64,000 nt of DNA from positions 1 through 64,000 of the forward strand of contig MU004231.1 of assembly GCA_010405405.1 (NCBI GenBank). Direction: 5' to 3'. Positions 1-12,751 of this stretch are shown piece after piece. The notes beneath the pieces were generated by a model. The model was given only the letters and a program-made list of their open reading frames with translations. It searched no databases and was not told where the DNA came from. The stretch's first letter is position 1. Each line of letters opens with the position of its first letter. The position numbers and the translations under genes are program-made. This DNA comes from Microthyrium microscopicum. Its lineage: Eukaryota.

Positions 1-86
1 AACCCTAACCCTAACCCTAACCCTAACCCTAACCCTAACCCTAACCCTAACCCTAACCCTAACCCTAACCCTAACCCTAACCCTAA
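1..86. repeat. Telomeric repeat (CCCTAA)n / (TTAGGG)n, about 14 units; chromosome left end
   Basis: Perfect AACCCT tandem array from base 1 to 86 with the C-rich strand on +, as expected for a left telomere. Confidence 0.98.
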
Positions 87-189
87 ACAACGCTCAAACC
101 ATCTCCCACCCCCTTCTCCAATAAAACAATAATTTAAACTGCAAACTGCGCGCTGCGCGCGCAATCGACCACCAACTCTATCACCATTT

Positions 190-700
190 TCTCAATCTGC
201 TTCTCGCTCAAACGCCGCCCATTGCCTTGCTTCATTCGCTGCCAACTTCAATCTGCTTTCCGCCCGCTTGCCGCGCATCTCAACCACCAAATCCGTCGCG
301 CATTGTTTCGTCGCACATTTTCTACATCACTCGCTGCTTCACAATCGTTTTCTGCCATCAATCTGCTTCTCACTCTCACCAATCTGCTTCCCGCTGCATC
401 AACTTCGTCGCCGTTTCTTTTCATCTGCTTCTTGCTCGCACACGCGCTTTTTTCCACATCGCTCGCTGCTTCACCGTCATTTTCCGCCATCAATCTGCTT
501 CCCGCTCGCACATCGCGCGCCATCTCTTTGCTGCTGCTCGCCGCGCATTTCACAACACCACAGCCATCGCGAACTTTTTTCTTTCTCTGCCCCTCTCGCA
601 CACTGTCATCTGCCTTTGCCAAACCCACTGATGCGCTGCTGCCACTGCGCATCTTCCAACACCATGCCCCTCACAACTGTTTCCGTTTCACAATCTGCTT
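190..700. repeat. Telomere-associated C-rich low-complexity sequence with a diverged internal duplication
   Basis: CAATCTGCTT recurs near 193, 249, 359, 380, 491 and 691; 318-373 and 449-503 are diverged copies (…ACATCRCTCGCTGCTTCAC…CCATCAATCTGCTTC). Confidence 0.75.
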
Positions 701-2001
701 CGCGCCCACACACCGCCCAGCCCCAACACCAAACGCATCGCCAACTCACACCACCGCTATCCCGAACATCATCCTGCTCCGCGCTCTGGCACTTCTCGCG
801 CTCAAGCGATCACGAAACTCATGCCGCGCCGCTCAACCCTCACGTCCCTGCTTGCCAACCTCTTCCGACTCTCACATCCCGCTGACTCCAAGCATCTTCG
901 CGCAACCGGCCTTCTACCGACGTCCTTTCTCATAATACCTTTCCGGCGATCCTTTCGGTGACACATCACCTCCATTTGCCTTCATTGATCGATACTCCCG
1001 CCATTGACGACGCCGCGACGTGGGACGGGGCCCGCGTTTGTCACCGCGGGATTGGCACACAAACTCGGGCGCCTCTGGGCAGTCGCCATGGATCATGATC
1101 TCCTCAAAGCCGTACATGGAAGCGGGCATATTTTTTTGTCGTTATTGCAAGCTCTATGAATAACACACTTTCCTGAGCCCGATTTGTGCATGCTGCTCGC
1201 GCATCACCGGAATGGCCTTGTCGTCGTCAATGCCATCGGTCATCGTCCTCGGTTACAATCTTTCGTCCCTAATCTGATGTGGAAAACCGTTGCGGCTGTA
1301 ACGACAATTGACATCGCGACCTTGTTCTTTCGCATGCGATGCTTCGTACAAGTCATTCCTGTGTCCTTTCTTGCCAACTGCCTGAGTTGGCGTCCGCAAC
1401 CGTTGAATACCTTCTTCTCGCGTTCGCTTTTGCAACGGGCATGAATGACCCACGACCTCTTCGGCATGTGCTCACGTAACGGGCGTGAATGGGTCGCGAC
1501 CTCTTGTTCTTCACATCTTCTGCAAGTGAATCCGCAACGGGCATGAATGTTTTCGCCCTTTCGTCTCACCTTTGGTTTCGTGGCTGCCCGTGCGGCTTAA
1601 CCAATCGACATTTCTCTTCTCATTCACCTCATTTTGTGCCCTCTGTTTTCTCCGTGATGCTGCTCGCGCATTGCGCATGAATGATGGCGGATCGATTCCA
1701 TACCGTCCTGTGTTTTCTGTCGTGCTGCTCGCGCGCCGTGCATCTGCATTTCGAGCGGCACAAAGCTATCATCAACTGACCTCGCCTCACATCTGCCCGC
1801 TTGCCACACCATCCTCTCTGTCGAACTACTTTTGGTCCTCCGAGCGAACTCACGCCCATCATCCTCATCAAACCCGACTTCCCGTGGCACATTGCCTTCT
1901 CGGCGTTCCAGTGGCCGGTTTTGCACATGCTCCATTTGACTGCCGCGTTGTCGACGTTTTCGAACGCCGGGCCAACGGAAACACTCGCATGCAGCGGGCA
2001 C

Positions 2002-2064
2002 CGGTCAACGGTCAACGGTCAATGGGCAATGGGCAATGGGCAACGGTCAACGGTCAACCGGCAA
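2002..2064. repeat. 7-bp minisatellite, 9 units
   Basis: (CGGTCAA)3 (TGGGCAA)3 (CGGTCAA)2 CCGGCAA read directly. Confidence 0.9.
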
Positions 2065-3595
2065 TTGACATCAATCGGCGCTCACCATATGGACTGGAGT
2101 TCTGATGTATTTCCCGTTGGCACATGCCCCCTATGAATGACAGTCCTGGCGTAATGCGGACGATTGGAATCGGTATTTCTCTCCTGGTCTACGGTGGGAA
2201 CTTCTTGTTGCTGTAGTCGCGGTTTTGTATGCGATCTTTTCTGATACACTACAAGCCATTGCGTATGTATTCCTTTGCTGGTTCTGCACGGTTGATACGC
2301 TCTCGCAACGGGCATCTACACAAGCTCTTTCACTGCTCCCTTGCGGGTGTTTCTCAGTGAATACGCTGTCGCAACGGGCATCTATATCAGTTGTTCTTTT
2401 GCTCCTTTCTTTTTCCGTCTGTTCGCTTCGGGGCGTCATGGATGTATTCGCTCTCGCACCGGCCATGACTGGCTTTCCTTCCGATATCATACGTATCTCC
2501 CGCAAGTGGTGGACATGAGCAGATACACCACGGGGCTTTCCTCATACGTCTTCCTTCTGGAGCTCGGTTCCCACGCCGGCATCAAATTACTCTGCTTCTG
2601 CACAGTTGTATGGGCACAAACACTGGGGGCTTGTCGTGTTCTGCTTGTAACATGCTACGATGCACATTCCGTCGCGGCGATGTTCTCTTCGTCTCCCTAC
2701 TCTCTGCCGACTCAACTGTTACCCGCTCCGCCACTCGCGCGTTGCGCATCTTGCTACAAAACGCCCATTGCCATCAATTTGCTCCCCAATTCAGGCTTCC
2801 TCTCTCTCAGTATTCAGTTCGCGCCACGTAAGTTCGTGGCAAAATGGTCACCTCACGACACGGGAACACCTCACACATCACCGTTGCCACTTCAATTTCA
2901 GACCTCTCTTCGGAAACTACGTTCCTCTGGCGCAATTCCTTCGCGACGGTGCTCTTGGTGGTCTCTCGCATCATTGACATTATCAGCTCATTTGTACTTT
3001 GGTTGCCCGTTCTTGATCGCCGGACTGGCTGATAAAGCTGGATCTTTTCGGTCACGTCCATGGACGGTTTCCGCGCTGTACTCGGAACTCTCTGCGATTT
3101 GCGATTGATCTCTGGCGGTATATCTTTCTGGCGCATGCCTGACGAACGACAAGCCATGAATGATCTGGTTCGTCATTGATTTTCTCGCGCGGTGGACAAA
3201 TGATCCTGATGTTCCGCGTCTTTGTGATTCTTGCTCTTTCTCGTGTGACTTACCATATGTGCTCTTCTCTCCTGTGACGGATATGTTGCTGTTTTCTCTG
3301 CATGCCATTCCGTCTACTCGACCTGAAGCGGTCCATTACTGAACTCGATCTCTTTCCTTGCTCCTCTTTCATGTCTTTTGGTCTTCTTGGGGCCGGCTTT
3401 CGCATCCGGGATGAATGTGTATTGTCATTTGCTTCTTTTTGGTTGCTGTAATGCTCCATGAAACAATTCGTATCTGTAACTAGTCTTTGCCGTCGTGCTG
3501 CTCAAGTATGCGCATGAATGAAAACGTGTCGTGCTCCTCGCTGTCCTCATCCTCGTCGTGTGCCCTCTATTTTCACTGTCCAGCTACTCGCGCCT

Positions 3596-3722
3596 TGCGC
3601 ATGAATGATGACGGTCGTACTCTTCCTTTTCGCCGTCTGTGGGGCTTGGTTCTTGAATGTCGACGTTGTGTACCTCTTTGGGCGATATGCGGGCATCCAC
3701 GACCGGAGCAGTGGCATCTTGG
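3596..3722 (-). repeat. Inverted subtelomeric duplication of about 17439-17570
   Basis: Reverse complement aligns with 17439-17570. Peptides: QDATAPVVDARISPKEVHNVDIQEPSPTDGEKEEYDRHHS versus QDAPGPILDARI*PKEVHIVDIQEPSPTDSEKEEYNRHHS. Confidence 0.9.
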
Positions 3723-6700
3723 TATCTTCTTGGAAGTATTGGACCCACACTACACATAACTGGTTGTTTTGCTTGGGCACCCAACATGGTTTGAAGTATT
3801 TATTCACAGTTACTACTCAAAGGATGGTCGGCTAGTATATGTATCGTTTACGTCGGCGCTCATGGAATTGGCTCTGGGCAGCAAAGGTATAACATCGCGC
3901 CTGGTGGTAGTTATCATGTTCGGCTTCGCCATCATTATAGATCTGTGGCCATTGCCATGAAGAAAACAGGTTTCAAGGAGCGAAGATGTGATCATGTACA
4001 AATTTATGGACTTTGAAAAGCAGAAGACACGCGTTTCCTTTCCATACGCGATAGCGCGCTCTGCGCAACTGGTGGCTGGATCAGCTGGAAATCTCATCCA
4101 ATCGGAAAACCCGAGCCATCTGTTGCGCCACCTCCTTGTCACAATACCCAAGGTTCGGGAGGTGTGTTTTGCTCCGGGCGCACTCCACGGTGTCTGAGCT
4201 TCTCGTGAAAAACGTAATTTCAGTTGCGGGCGTGACTTTGTAGCCTACCCTAAGGCATGCCTCCGTCAAGCAGCAGCATTGGGAATCTATCGTCTTTTAT
4301 GCCCGACTCACAGCAAGCCAGAGCTGGTCCATGTTCGTCTCCCTCCCAAGAAAGAACAGAACGTACGGAAATCACGTCACCACAAGCTCTATTTGTTGCA
4401 TGTGAACACTGAGCTTTGGTTTTGAATACCGGCTATGGTTTTGATCCCAGAACAGGAAGTTGACGCTGATATCTACTGAAAGTCGAAAGATATCATACAT
4501 TCAGTCCAGTCTGAAGTTAGACTCATCGTTGAGCTTCTTGCTAACTCGGAAATGATGTTGCTTGACCCTGAATTTCTCTGATTTGACGTTCATACATTTG
4601 ATCTCTTGCCGCAGCCTGATTTCGAAAGGTATCAAACGCGAAGCTGGAAGTACAAAGGGAATCAATTCGAGTGGCGCGCTTTGAAATGCCGCCTACAACA
4701 TATGTTTGAACCGTTTTTTTTTCGGTAATTCGCCGAATCATGGACAAACGTTGCCTCAACATGCTCTGGAGTGACTGTATCTACATGAGACTACTTTGAA
4801 CATGTCCAAGAAGGCTTCCAAGGGAGCATCGGACGATCACCGCGGGGACAACCACGTAAGAAAAGTTCTCGGAATATCTGGCAATGTGCCATGTAACGTC
4901 GCTTTCCTCGGCTGCTTCGTCGCTTTGTCCAATCATTTTCTTTTCGTGGGTAATCTGTGTTCAATGCTCCGCGAATCACGGACACGGCCTTGCCTGCTTT
5001 CTTCTCAGGGACTTCACGGTGCGCTTGTCGTATGTCAGGCAGCATATTACGCTGGGTCCTCTAACAGCTTCGCAGTGTGTGAGCGAGGAACGATCCTTTT
5101 CTTGACAACAACCATAGCTCTGGTGGTTATTGCCTAGACTGAATGTTTCATTTGGTTGTTGAATGGTAAGCGGTCTATGCTGCGTGACAATCTCTCAATT
5201 TGCATGCAATTTGAGTCCTGAGCCCGACTGCTATTGTGGCCTGGCCACCGCGAGTGCAACCTACGCATCTCTCACCATCACATATCCGGCCAAAGTATTT
5301 GCGAAGATTGAGACTCGAATACGTCTTTGGACTACGAGCTGTGAAAGCAGCGAGCTTCAGGTTTCGACTTGTCATCGGAAACTTAACGACCTGGTATGTA
5401 AAAGCGAGAGGCGCGAGTCATGATTGTCCGGAGTTGATACTGTCACGAACTCAAGGCTTGATGAAGGCGCAGATCATACGGCAAAAGTTGAGTCCGCATC
5501 AATGAATCTTCAAATGTCCAGGGCAGATTTTGACTAAAAAAATAGAATTTGCGTATCAATTGAATGACGGGAAGAGGACTTCGTCAACTTGCTGAACACA
5601 AAACCTATCTTGTATCAAATTCGATGTCAGATTCATTTGAGATCGCTACGGATTGCATGTCTGTTTGTCTGGGAAATATATATACGATCACTTCGGCAGT
5701 AATTGCGATCCGAATACTACAATGAGTTCAAGAATACCAGTTCAGGGCGTTTGTTAAACGAACAGCAAGCTCAGGATCAAATTGGAGCAAAGCCTCTGTT
5801 CAACATCTCAGCGAGACTCTACATAGCTAGATTTCGAAAAGGATTGACTTTCCAGGCTTCACAGGAATCACCAGCCGATTGAAACAACCACGCATCATTG
5901 GCGTTCAAGCCTTTCGTCTTCTTGAAATTTGGCAAAATTATTGCCTCCTTCTTCACCGACAACGACTGCCCTCCATGTCCGCGACCGCAACTCGACTGGG
6001 ATCGAATGATAGTTATCATGGCGGCTGTGATCGTGACTGGTTCCTTGCGATCTACGAGCTGAAAAAAGCATACACCCATAAGCGAAAAGTGATGGTCGCT
6101 GGGACACACCCCCTCTTGTCTCTTTGTAGAAAAATCAGATAATCCAACCCTGATTACCCAAGTCAATCAGGTGACCAGCTCTCTGTCCAAGGGCAAAGGC
6201 AAGGCGATGCCAGTCTCTTCCAACGCATATGCCTCCAACAAGGAGGGCGAAATTCTCTAGGATTGTCTGATGAACCAGATGACTTTGTCTGTTAGTTAGA
6301 CCGCTAAAGTAATGGATTACGGAAGAAGTCTAGAAGATAGAGGCTAAGTAGATTATAACATCAAAAGCTTCACAGGGTCTCGGCATACACCAAGCAAATG
6401 AACGCAGTGATCACACTTCGCAGAAGTGTGATGGCGGCAAGCGCCTCTGTACAACTAGCAGCAAGACGGTTTTGTTCAGGATTGGATGTGATAATAGAGT
6501 ATGGTGTTAGGCTCGAGCGTAATACGTGTGTGTTGTTCGGGCTCTTCCCCGTCATGAGAATAAATAAGCACAAACCATTGGCTTCAAGTCCGCTCCCTTT
6601 GACAGACGTTTGGCGGATCGCAGCTCAGAAACAAGTAAGACACTGTTTGGCATCGTCGAGGGCCTTCATCAAGCAGTAGAATCGAGAGCACAATCGTCAA

Positions 6701-9700
6701 AATGCCGTGGCGAAGCACCACTCTATGTCTGACTTTGGGATCTGCAGACAGTGACAAACCTGTTGCTACTGCCGCCTCCTCGTCCTGAATCGAACCGTCA
6801 GCGAAATCCTGTAGTCATGCCTCTTGTCGGGAGAACGTTGATTACGTCGAAAGAATCACAATGCCAATTGAGGACTCGAGCAGCGTCGGGAAGACACAAA
6901 AGCTGTGGGACGTGATCATTGTCCAGATGTAGAAGCTCACGCTTCTAATCGGATTGCCAATCAGTACCACATAACTCCTAGTCACGTCGGATGGTCAAAA
7001 CCCTTCAGCCTCCTCCAATTCCACTCGTAAGCACACCGCTGTCTCATAACCCGACCGGAGTCCGGAAAACAGTCCAAGACCGGTCGCCGCCAAGGAATAC
7101 ACAACGGCCATAGGCCATCCAGCCCTTTTCGTACCTCACGAGGTCTGAAGGCTGTGGATCTGGATCTACATCGTGAGAGTACGTATTCAGCACAAATCCT
7201 CACGCCTTCGCAAGAGTGCTTCGGAAGAGTGCTTCGAAAATCAAGTGGCAAGAAGCATCGATGAAATCATTGTCACCAACTGACTGGCATGTGTCTTTAG
7301 CAGAGAATATCGGGGCGCGCGACACGCTCACACCAAGCCCCATCGCGTCCTCAACTCATGAGTCGGTCGTAAACCCGTCCCTCAATTGCCCCAGCCACCA
7401 GGCTACCGCGAAGCCAGTCTCAAGCCCATCGCAAACCATCCTATCGAATGCATAAATATACCACGTAGCTTGATCAGTGGATACTGGATGGGCATCCAGC
7501 ATCTACAAATGACACTTCCGGCCAAAATGATGCCTGAGCCCATGCCATGAGTGGAGCTTGCGAATGTCAACTCGCAGATTCGGAGCAAGTGCATGGAAGC
7601 CACAAGCAATATGTTTGCGTATCATTATCTCGAAGGGAAGCGCTGGAGACACCAACCAATTCAAAGTCAGTGGTCGCGAGATCCTCGAAGCCAAACTCGA
7701 CATTTCCGCAGCTGCTTTGATCTCGTGAATCCCATGTCGGAACGCCTTTGAACCTCATGGACCTTGGTTACATCTCTACGGTCGACAGCAGTACCTTGGC
7801 GGCTCTTTGCGTTTGGACAACATGAGTGCCCGTTGTTGAAGCTTCAATCAACACTTCTGTGAGGGGTTAATTGAATCGTGGGAAGTGGGATATTGACCGG
7901 CTTGGGGATAAGAAGCTTGTGCTCCTGGACTCTCGCCTTGCACGTCAGACTCTACGGTGTCGTGGCATGGGGGCAAATAAACATCGTAGAAATCACATTT
8001 GGAAATAATATCCTAGCACGATTTCACGTGGCTAATGTTGAGCTTGCTAGTATATGTTTACCGAGACACGACGCCCACGATTTCTCGAAATCCCCCGTGA
8101 AAGCGCCGACCGAAGTGGATCATCACTGGTAGGCGCGGGATACGCACAGCATGCTGCCTTGATCAATTCCACGATCTGGTTCCCTTACCTGTCAAAAATA
8201 TGACGAGACAATTTGCCGCCGGCATGAGAGTGAGTGGACCTTCTAGAACACACGACTTGTTGTCAGCCGCTAGAGCTTGAACTCGCTAGACCTCGCCATA
8301 CGTTGCTCGCGTGATTGTATGCCCCACTGCCTATACCCTTCCCAATCAACGATCCCCTTTTCCGAAAGTCGAGCCTCTCGAAGCCTCCCATCGAACGTAT
8401 ACCACAACAACTTTGCAACAAGTGCGAGAGAAAGTCTACCTAGGTAGCTTCGAGATTGAAATAGTGATGCTGGGAGTAGGACCCCAGTCGTGATCATAGC
8501 CGGCCTATGTTCACCACTAGACCGGTGGCAGGCGAACATGACAGCGCGGATATGGAGAGCAGTCATCGTGGCTGACAAAAGAGGCAAGGGGTTCGATAGG
8601 TAGCAAGAAAATAGAAGATTGTACAAGAAACTTGGATGCTACGGTGATGTCAAAAAGGGCTGGTTGTGCTCGTCAAGCTCGGGAGGATGATCTGCTTGAG
8701 AGTGACTATGGATGGGGTTGAAATCTCAGCTTGGGCGAGGTGTTCGAGAGAGGCTTTGCTTCAAGCTGGTATAGCTTCACGGTCTTCTGCCAGTCGCTTA
8801 GAGACTCAACTGCCACTATCCTTAATGTCCTGTGCCAGAATTTGCTTCCAGTGTTAGGAATTACGTCAACCGAGACCAATAACGTTCTCCTCATGTGTGT
8901 ATCATGCTTGAGCGAGCTGACCTTGTCTAGTTTTTGTATCTACACCTCACTGGTGAACCTGGGGGCGGACGATGTGCCAATTGTTCCGACAATCTTTGCG
9001 GTTGATTGAGATTCTCGCAGGAAAGAGTTCGCAGGTCAAAGGAGATAGACTTTTTACCATAGTCGTTGGCTGACTGCTACTGACATGAGACTTTGATCTT
9101 TGCTTGTCAATTCGAAGGGTTTGAGATGCGGCCACTGGTTGCAAAGTGTACACAATAGGCATTCGGACTACTGAAATCAATCTAGACAAGCTATGAAAGA
9201 GATCTGAATGGAGCTGTTCGAGATTGACAGGAAGAGCCATAGTAAGTGTACATTTTCCAGCTGAGGGCAAGAGGAATTTTCTAGCGAGTGAGTTCGAGAT
9301 CATGTTCTAAACACAGGCTTTGGGTTTAGCAAATTGGTGAAGCACTTCTCCCGTAGTTCCATGGATATACGAAAACTGTTGTTTGTCAAAAGCCGCCTAG
9401 AATGACTGGAGAATATCTGGTGCGGACTGAAATGCTACTAGAAATTATACTTGTCTCACTCAAGCTTGTCTGATTCGCGGAAGTTTCTTCTCGATACCAG
9501 ATGCCGATGGATACTTATCGCAGCGGGTCGTTGAATTTGCGGTCGGAAATCCAAGTCCAAAGCTCGCAGATATCAAAAATCTAAAATGGTTGATTCGAGG
9601 CTTGAAGCCTTGGAATACAAAATTGCGAGACTGGCGATAAATCACTGATGTCCAACTCGCATTCGTGACTCCAAAAAGACCGGAATCCTGAATGTATGCA

Positions 9701-12587
9701 GTTCTAGAGATGCTCACGTAGCAAATATTGCCGCCCGTTCAGCGATAGAGTACAGCTGCCGACGACCACCCGACAAGCAGACAGTGATGCGATGGTGAAA
9801 ACCATGTAACGCGTTTCTTTTTCCAACATTCCCAGGAGAAACGACTAGGAGAAAACCTCTCCACAGAAGTCGGCGCGATAAGCCTTCCGGACTAAAGTGA
9901 TATTGTGATGCAGTCTTGAAATCAGAATGCTTGAAACTCCCAGCACTTAGTGACGGCCATCGCAGTGATAGTTCTAAGCATTCACAACATGATCTTTGTG
10001 ATCAGTGACTCGTTGACAGTGCGCTTTTGTTCAATCTTCGCGTTGAGCGAGTTATTCGTGGCTCCTTGCGTTTCGACCTTTGCTTGTAGCGTTCCATTCT
10101 CAATAACCCTTTCTACAAGCTTTGAACCATAGTATTGTTCGTCTCATGGAGCAAGCGCAAGCTACAGGAATGCTCTGAAGGCACCGGCGAAAAGTTTTAT
10201 CATACTGCGAAGCAATCTCTAAGAACTATTCACGGCAAAATCCCTGAAGACGCCGCTGTCAGTTTGAATATGGCGCTGAGCCGGTCCAGCCGATCCTCGA
10301 ACTCTAGACCTTCCACTGCTCTGAGTGGCTCAAGATCCATTGCGTCAACGCTTCGATGAACTTGTATTGTCTACATGCGAGCAAAAACGCCACGAGCTTG
10401 TGGAGCATTTCAATCTTTTCTGATCGCCGGCGTCGTGTCGTTTGGCGCGGATTCGATCTACCCAAAGCCAGTGCCATGAAAATGAGGATGAAATTGGATT
10501 CACGGATTCAGCCTCTGATTCATCTGACGAAGATGAGGACGCAGGCAATGAATTGACCTCTGCGGGAGCTACGGAACTGAAAAGCTTGCAAGTATGCTGG
10601 ATCAAAACGCGGGCTCCATTGTTTATACTGACAAGTTTACAGGCCGGCGACCAAACCCTCCAAACCTCGCTTCAATCCAAAAAAACCATGGTCAAAGGCT
10701 TTGTTGCTGAATTTGATGATTACGTGCTTACGAAAGTGACCAGCAGAGATCACTGCAAGAAGTTGGGCGACATGAGCCGCAAATTTCAAGCTTTTGAGCG
10801 CAGCGTTGGTTTCGCGCACCATATAGTCGACAGTAGATAAGCACTTACCGACGAACACGACGTGGAACACATGGCCTGGACTAGAATTTGATCCAATGAG
10901 GAAGAACAAGACGAGATACCACGGCATGTGAAAGGTGAGACCGGCAATTGAGGCACTTTCAAGGTCAATGACCACACTCAGAACAATTTGTAGATTGCCA
11001 GACTTATCCTGTTATTGCAGCTGGATTACAAGAGCTTAGCAAAATGAGAGAGATGTATCTAGGTATATATTTTTGATTGAATTTTCCACGTTCAAGCCCT
11101 CGTATTACCTGCAACTGGTTCCTGAGAGAACATTCGAAGATTTTGGTATACAAAATGTCTCATGGATGCCGACTCGCCGAGGCTCTGTTGTGGATCTGGC
11201 TGCTGCATGAAGAATTCCGATGATACTGGTGATGCCTCAGATTGTTTTCAGAGATCCGGACTCACGATATGTTAAATACCAGAGCAGTTGTTTACAGGCT
11301 GGCATCAGCTTTCCCATCCACGACATTTATTCCGCGGTTCTAACACTTAAACCACCTCGTTCCCTCATGCAGTACTTACCGTGTCAACCTCCAGTACAGC
11401 TGTAGTGACTTACAGGGGTTGTCAAACTGCACGAGGAACAATCACTGAGAGAGTGATTCGAAGCAGTCAATTGAGAGCGGTTCTGTCCAACTTCAAGCCC
11501 ATTACCTATCTCTCGAATTCGGGACTGGGTTTTCAAACATTTACTAGTAGTGATGGGTCACAGACATATATTCAGGTCAAAGACTTCTTCCACCAAAACT
11601 GTTTTCTATCCAGATTGGACGCATCGCACCAATATATAAATCAAAAGATTGTGCGAACACCAAATAAGCGCGACACTAATCAGCATCGAAATCGCTGTTC
11701 CCAATACTCGCTTCCAATTGGAGACAGCTTTTGATTGAATTGTAGCAGAAACGAAAGCGAATATCTCACATCATTCCGAAAAGGCCACGACATAAGGAAA
11801 CGCTGCTATGGTGTCATTCTTCGCTACCTTGCAAACTCGCAGTGTGGGATAACATTTCTTTCTCAGTGAGTCTCGTATCTGTCAGAATGGTGTCCGTCTT
11901 GGGAAGTACTGATCAAGGTCTTGACAGTAGCATATTCATTTTTTCCCTGCCTGCTCGACGCCTTGGGACGCAAAATCTCAAAGTTCGGGTCAATTGGGAT
12001 CGTAGGCTTCCAAAAACCATGTAGATTCTATTTCGTGGCTCCCAACGGTCCAAAGGGATTGAATAAGTGCGCTGCAGATTGGCCATAATCTTTTACAACC
12101 GAGCCCCATGTCCCACTGCTCGGTAGTAACCCTCGATGTTGCCAAACGGTCTCTTGTTCACAAGCTGACAATGCATACGGTGCTTGGAGTTGGCATTTCC
12201 ATTGGATTATGGCCTCAGAATTCCCATCGTCTGTCAATAGGGAGCGGACAATAGGTCAATCGAACAGGAAAGGTGACCCCAGGGTAGAAATGAGTCCAGG
12301 CGACCATCGCAGAAAACATGTGTTTGGCGGCACTGTCATCAATTTCAAGGGTTAGCCAAGGTCTTGTGCGAATGCCATTGCAAGAACTCGTGGCACTAAA
12401 TGGTCGCTGCCAAAGCTGCTCTGTGATCGTCGATATTTCTAAGAAGGACGGATAGGATTTGGCTCAAGGAGATCCATTCTTTCGTCTCATCATTTCACAA
12501 AGTCCTTTTTCCGTCTGGTCTGCCGGCTTCAATGCAGAATAACACACAGAACGCAGAGAAGCAGGCTACGGGGGCGTAGCAACGACA

Positions 12588-12751
12588 TGGCACAATAAAT
12601 GGCGTTCTCGAGCAAAACTTGCTATGTTTCCCATTGAATTCCGTACACCATTCGGATCAAAACATCTTTCATGGCAAACAAATCACTCGATAAAAGAGCG
12701 TAGTATCTAGGCGGCAACGAGGCTGATGGGAGCGCGCCATTTATGTTGCCA
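12588..12751 (-). repeat. Hairpin repeat, diverged inverted copy of 18795-18944
   Basis: 12602-12751 (reverse complement) aligns without gaps to 18795-18944. It has its own 17-bp imperfect inverted ends at 12588-12604 and 12735-12751. Confidence 0.7.

Noticed and set aside
222..935. Overlapping long ORFs in several frames next to the telomere
   Set aside because: They arise from C-rich, stop-poor repetitive sequence; they start at TTG, have no domain and are open on both strands.
1180..3620. CRISPR-like repeat-spacer array
   Set aside because: Motifs are only 11-13 bp, irregularly spaced and in a eukaryotic subtelomere; no cas genes.
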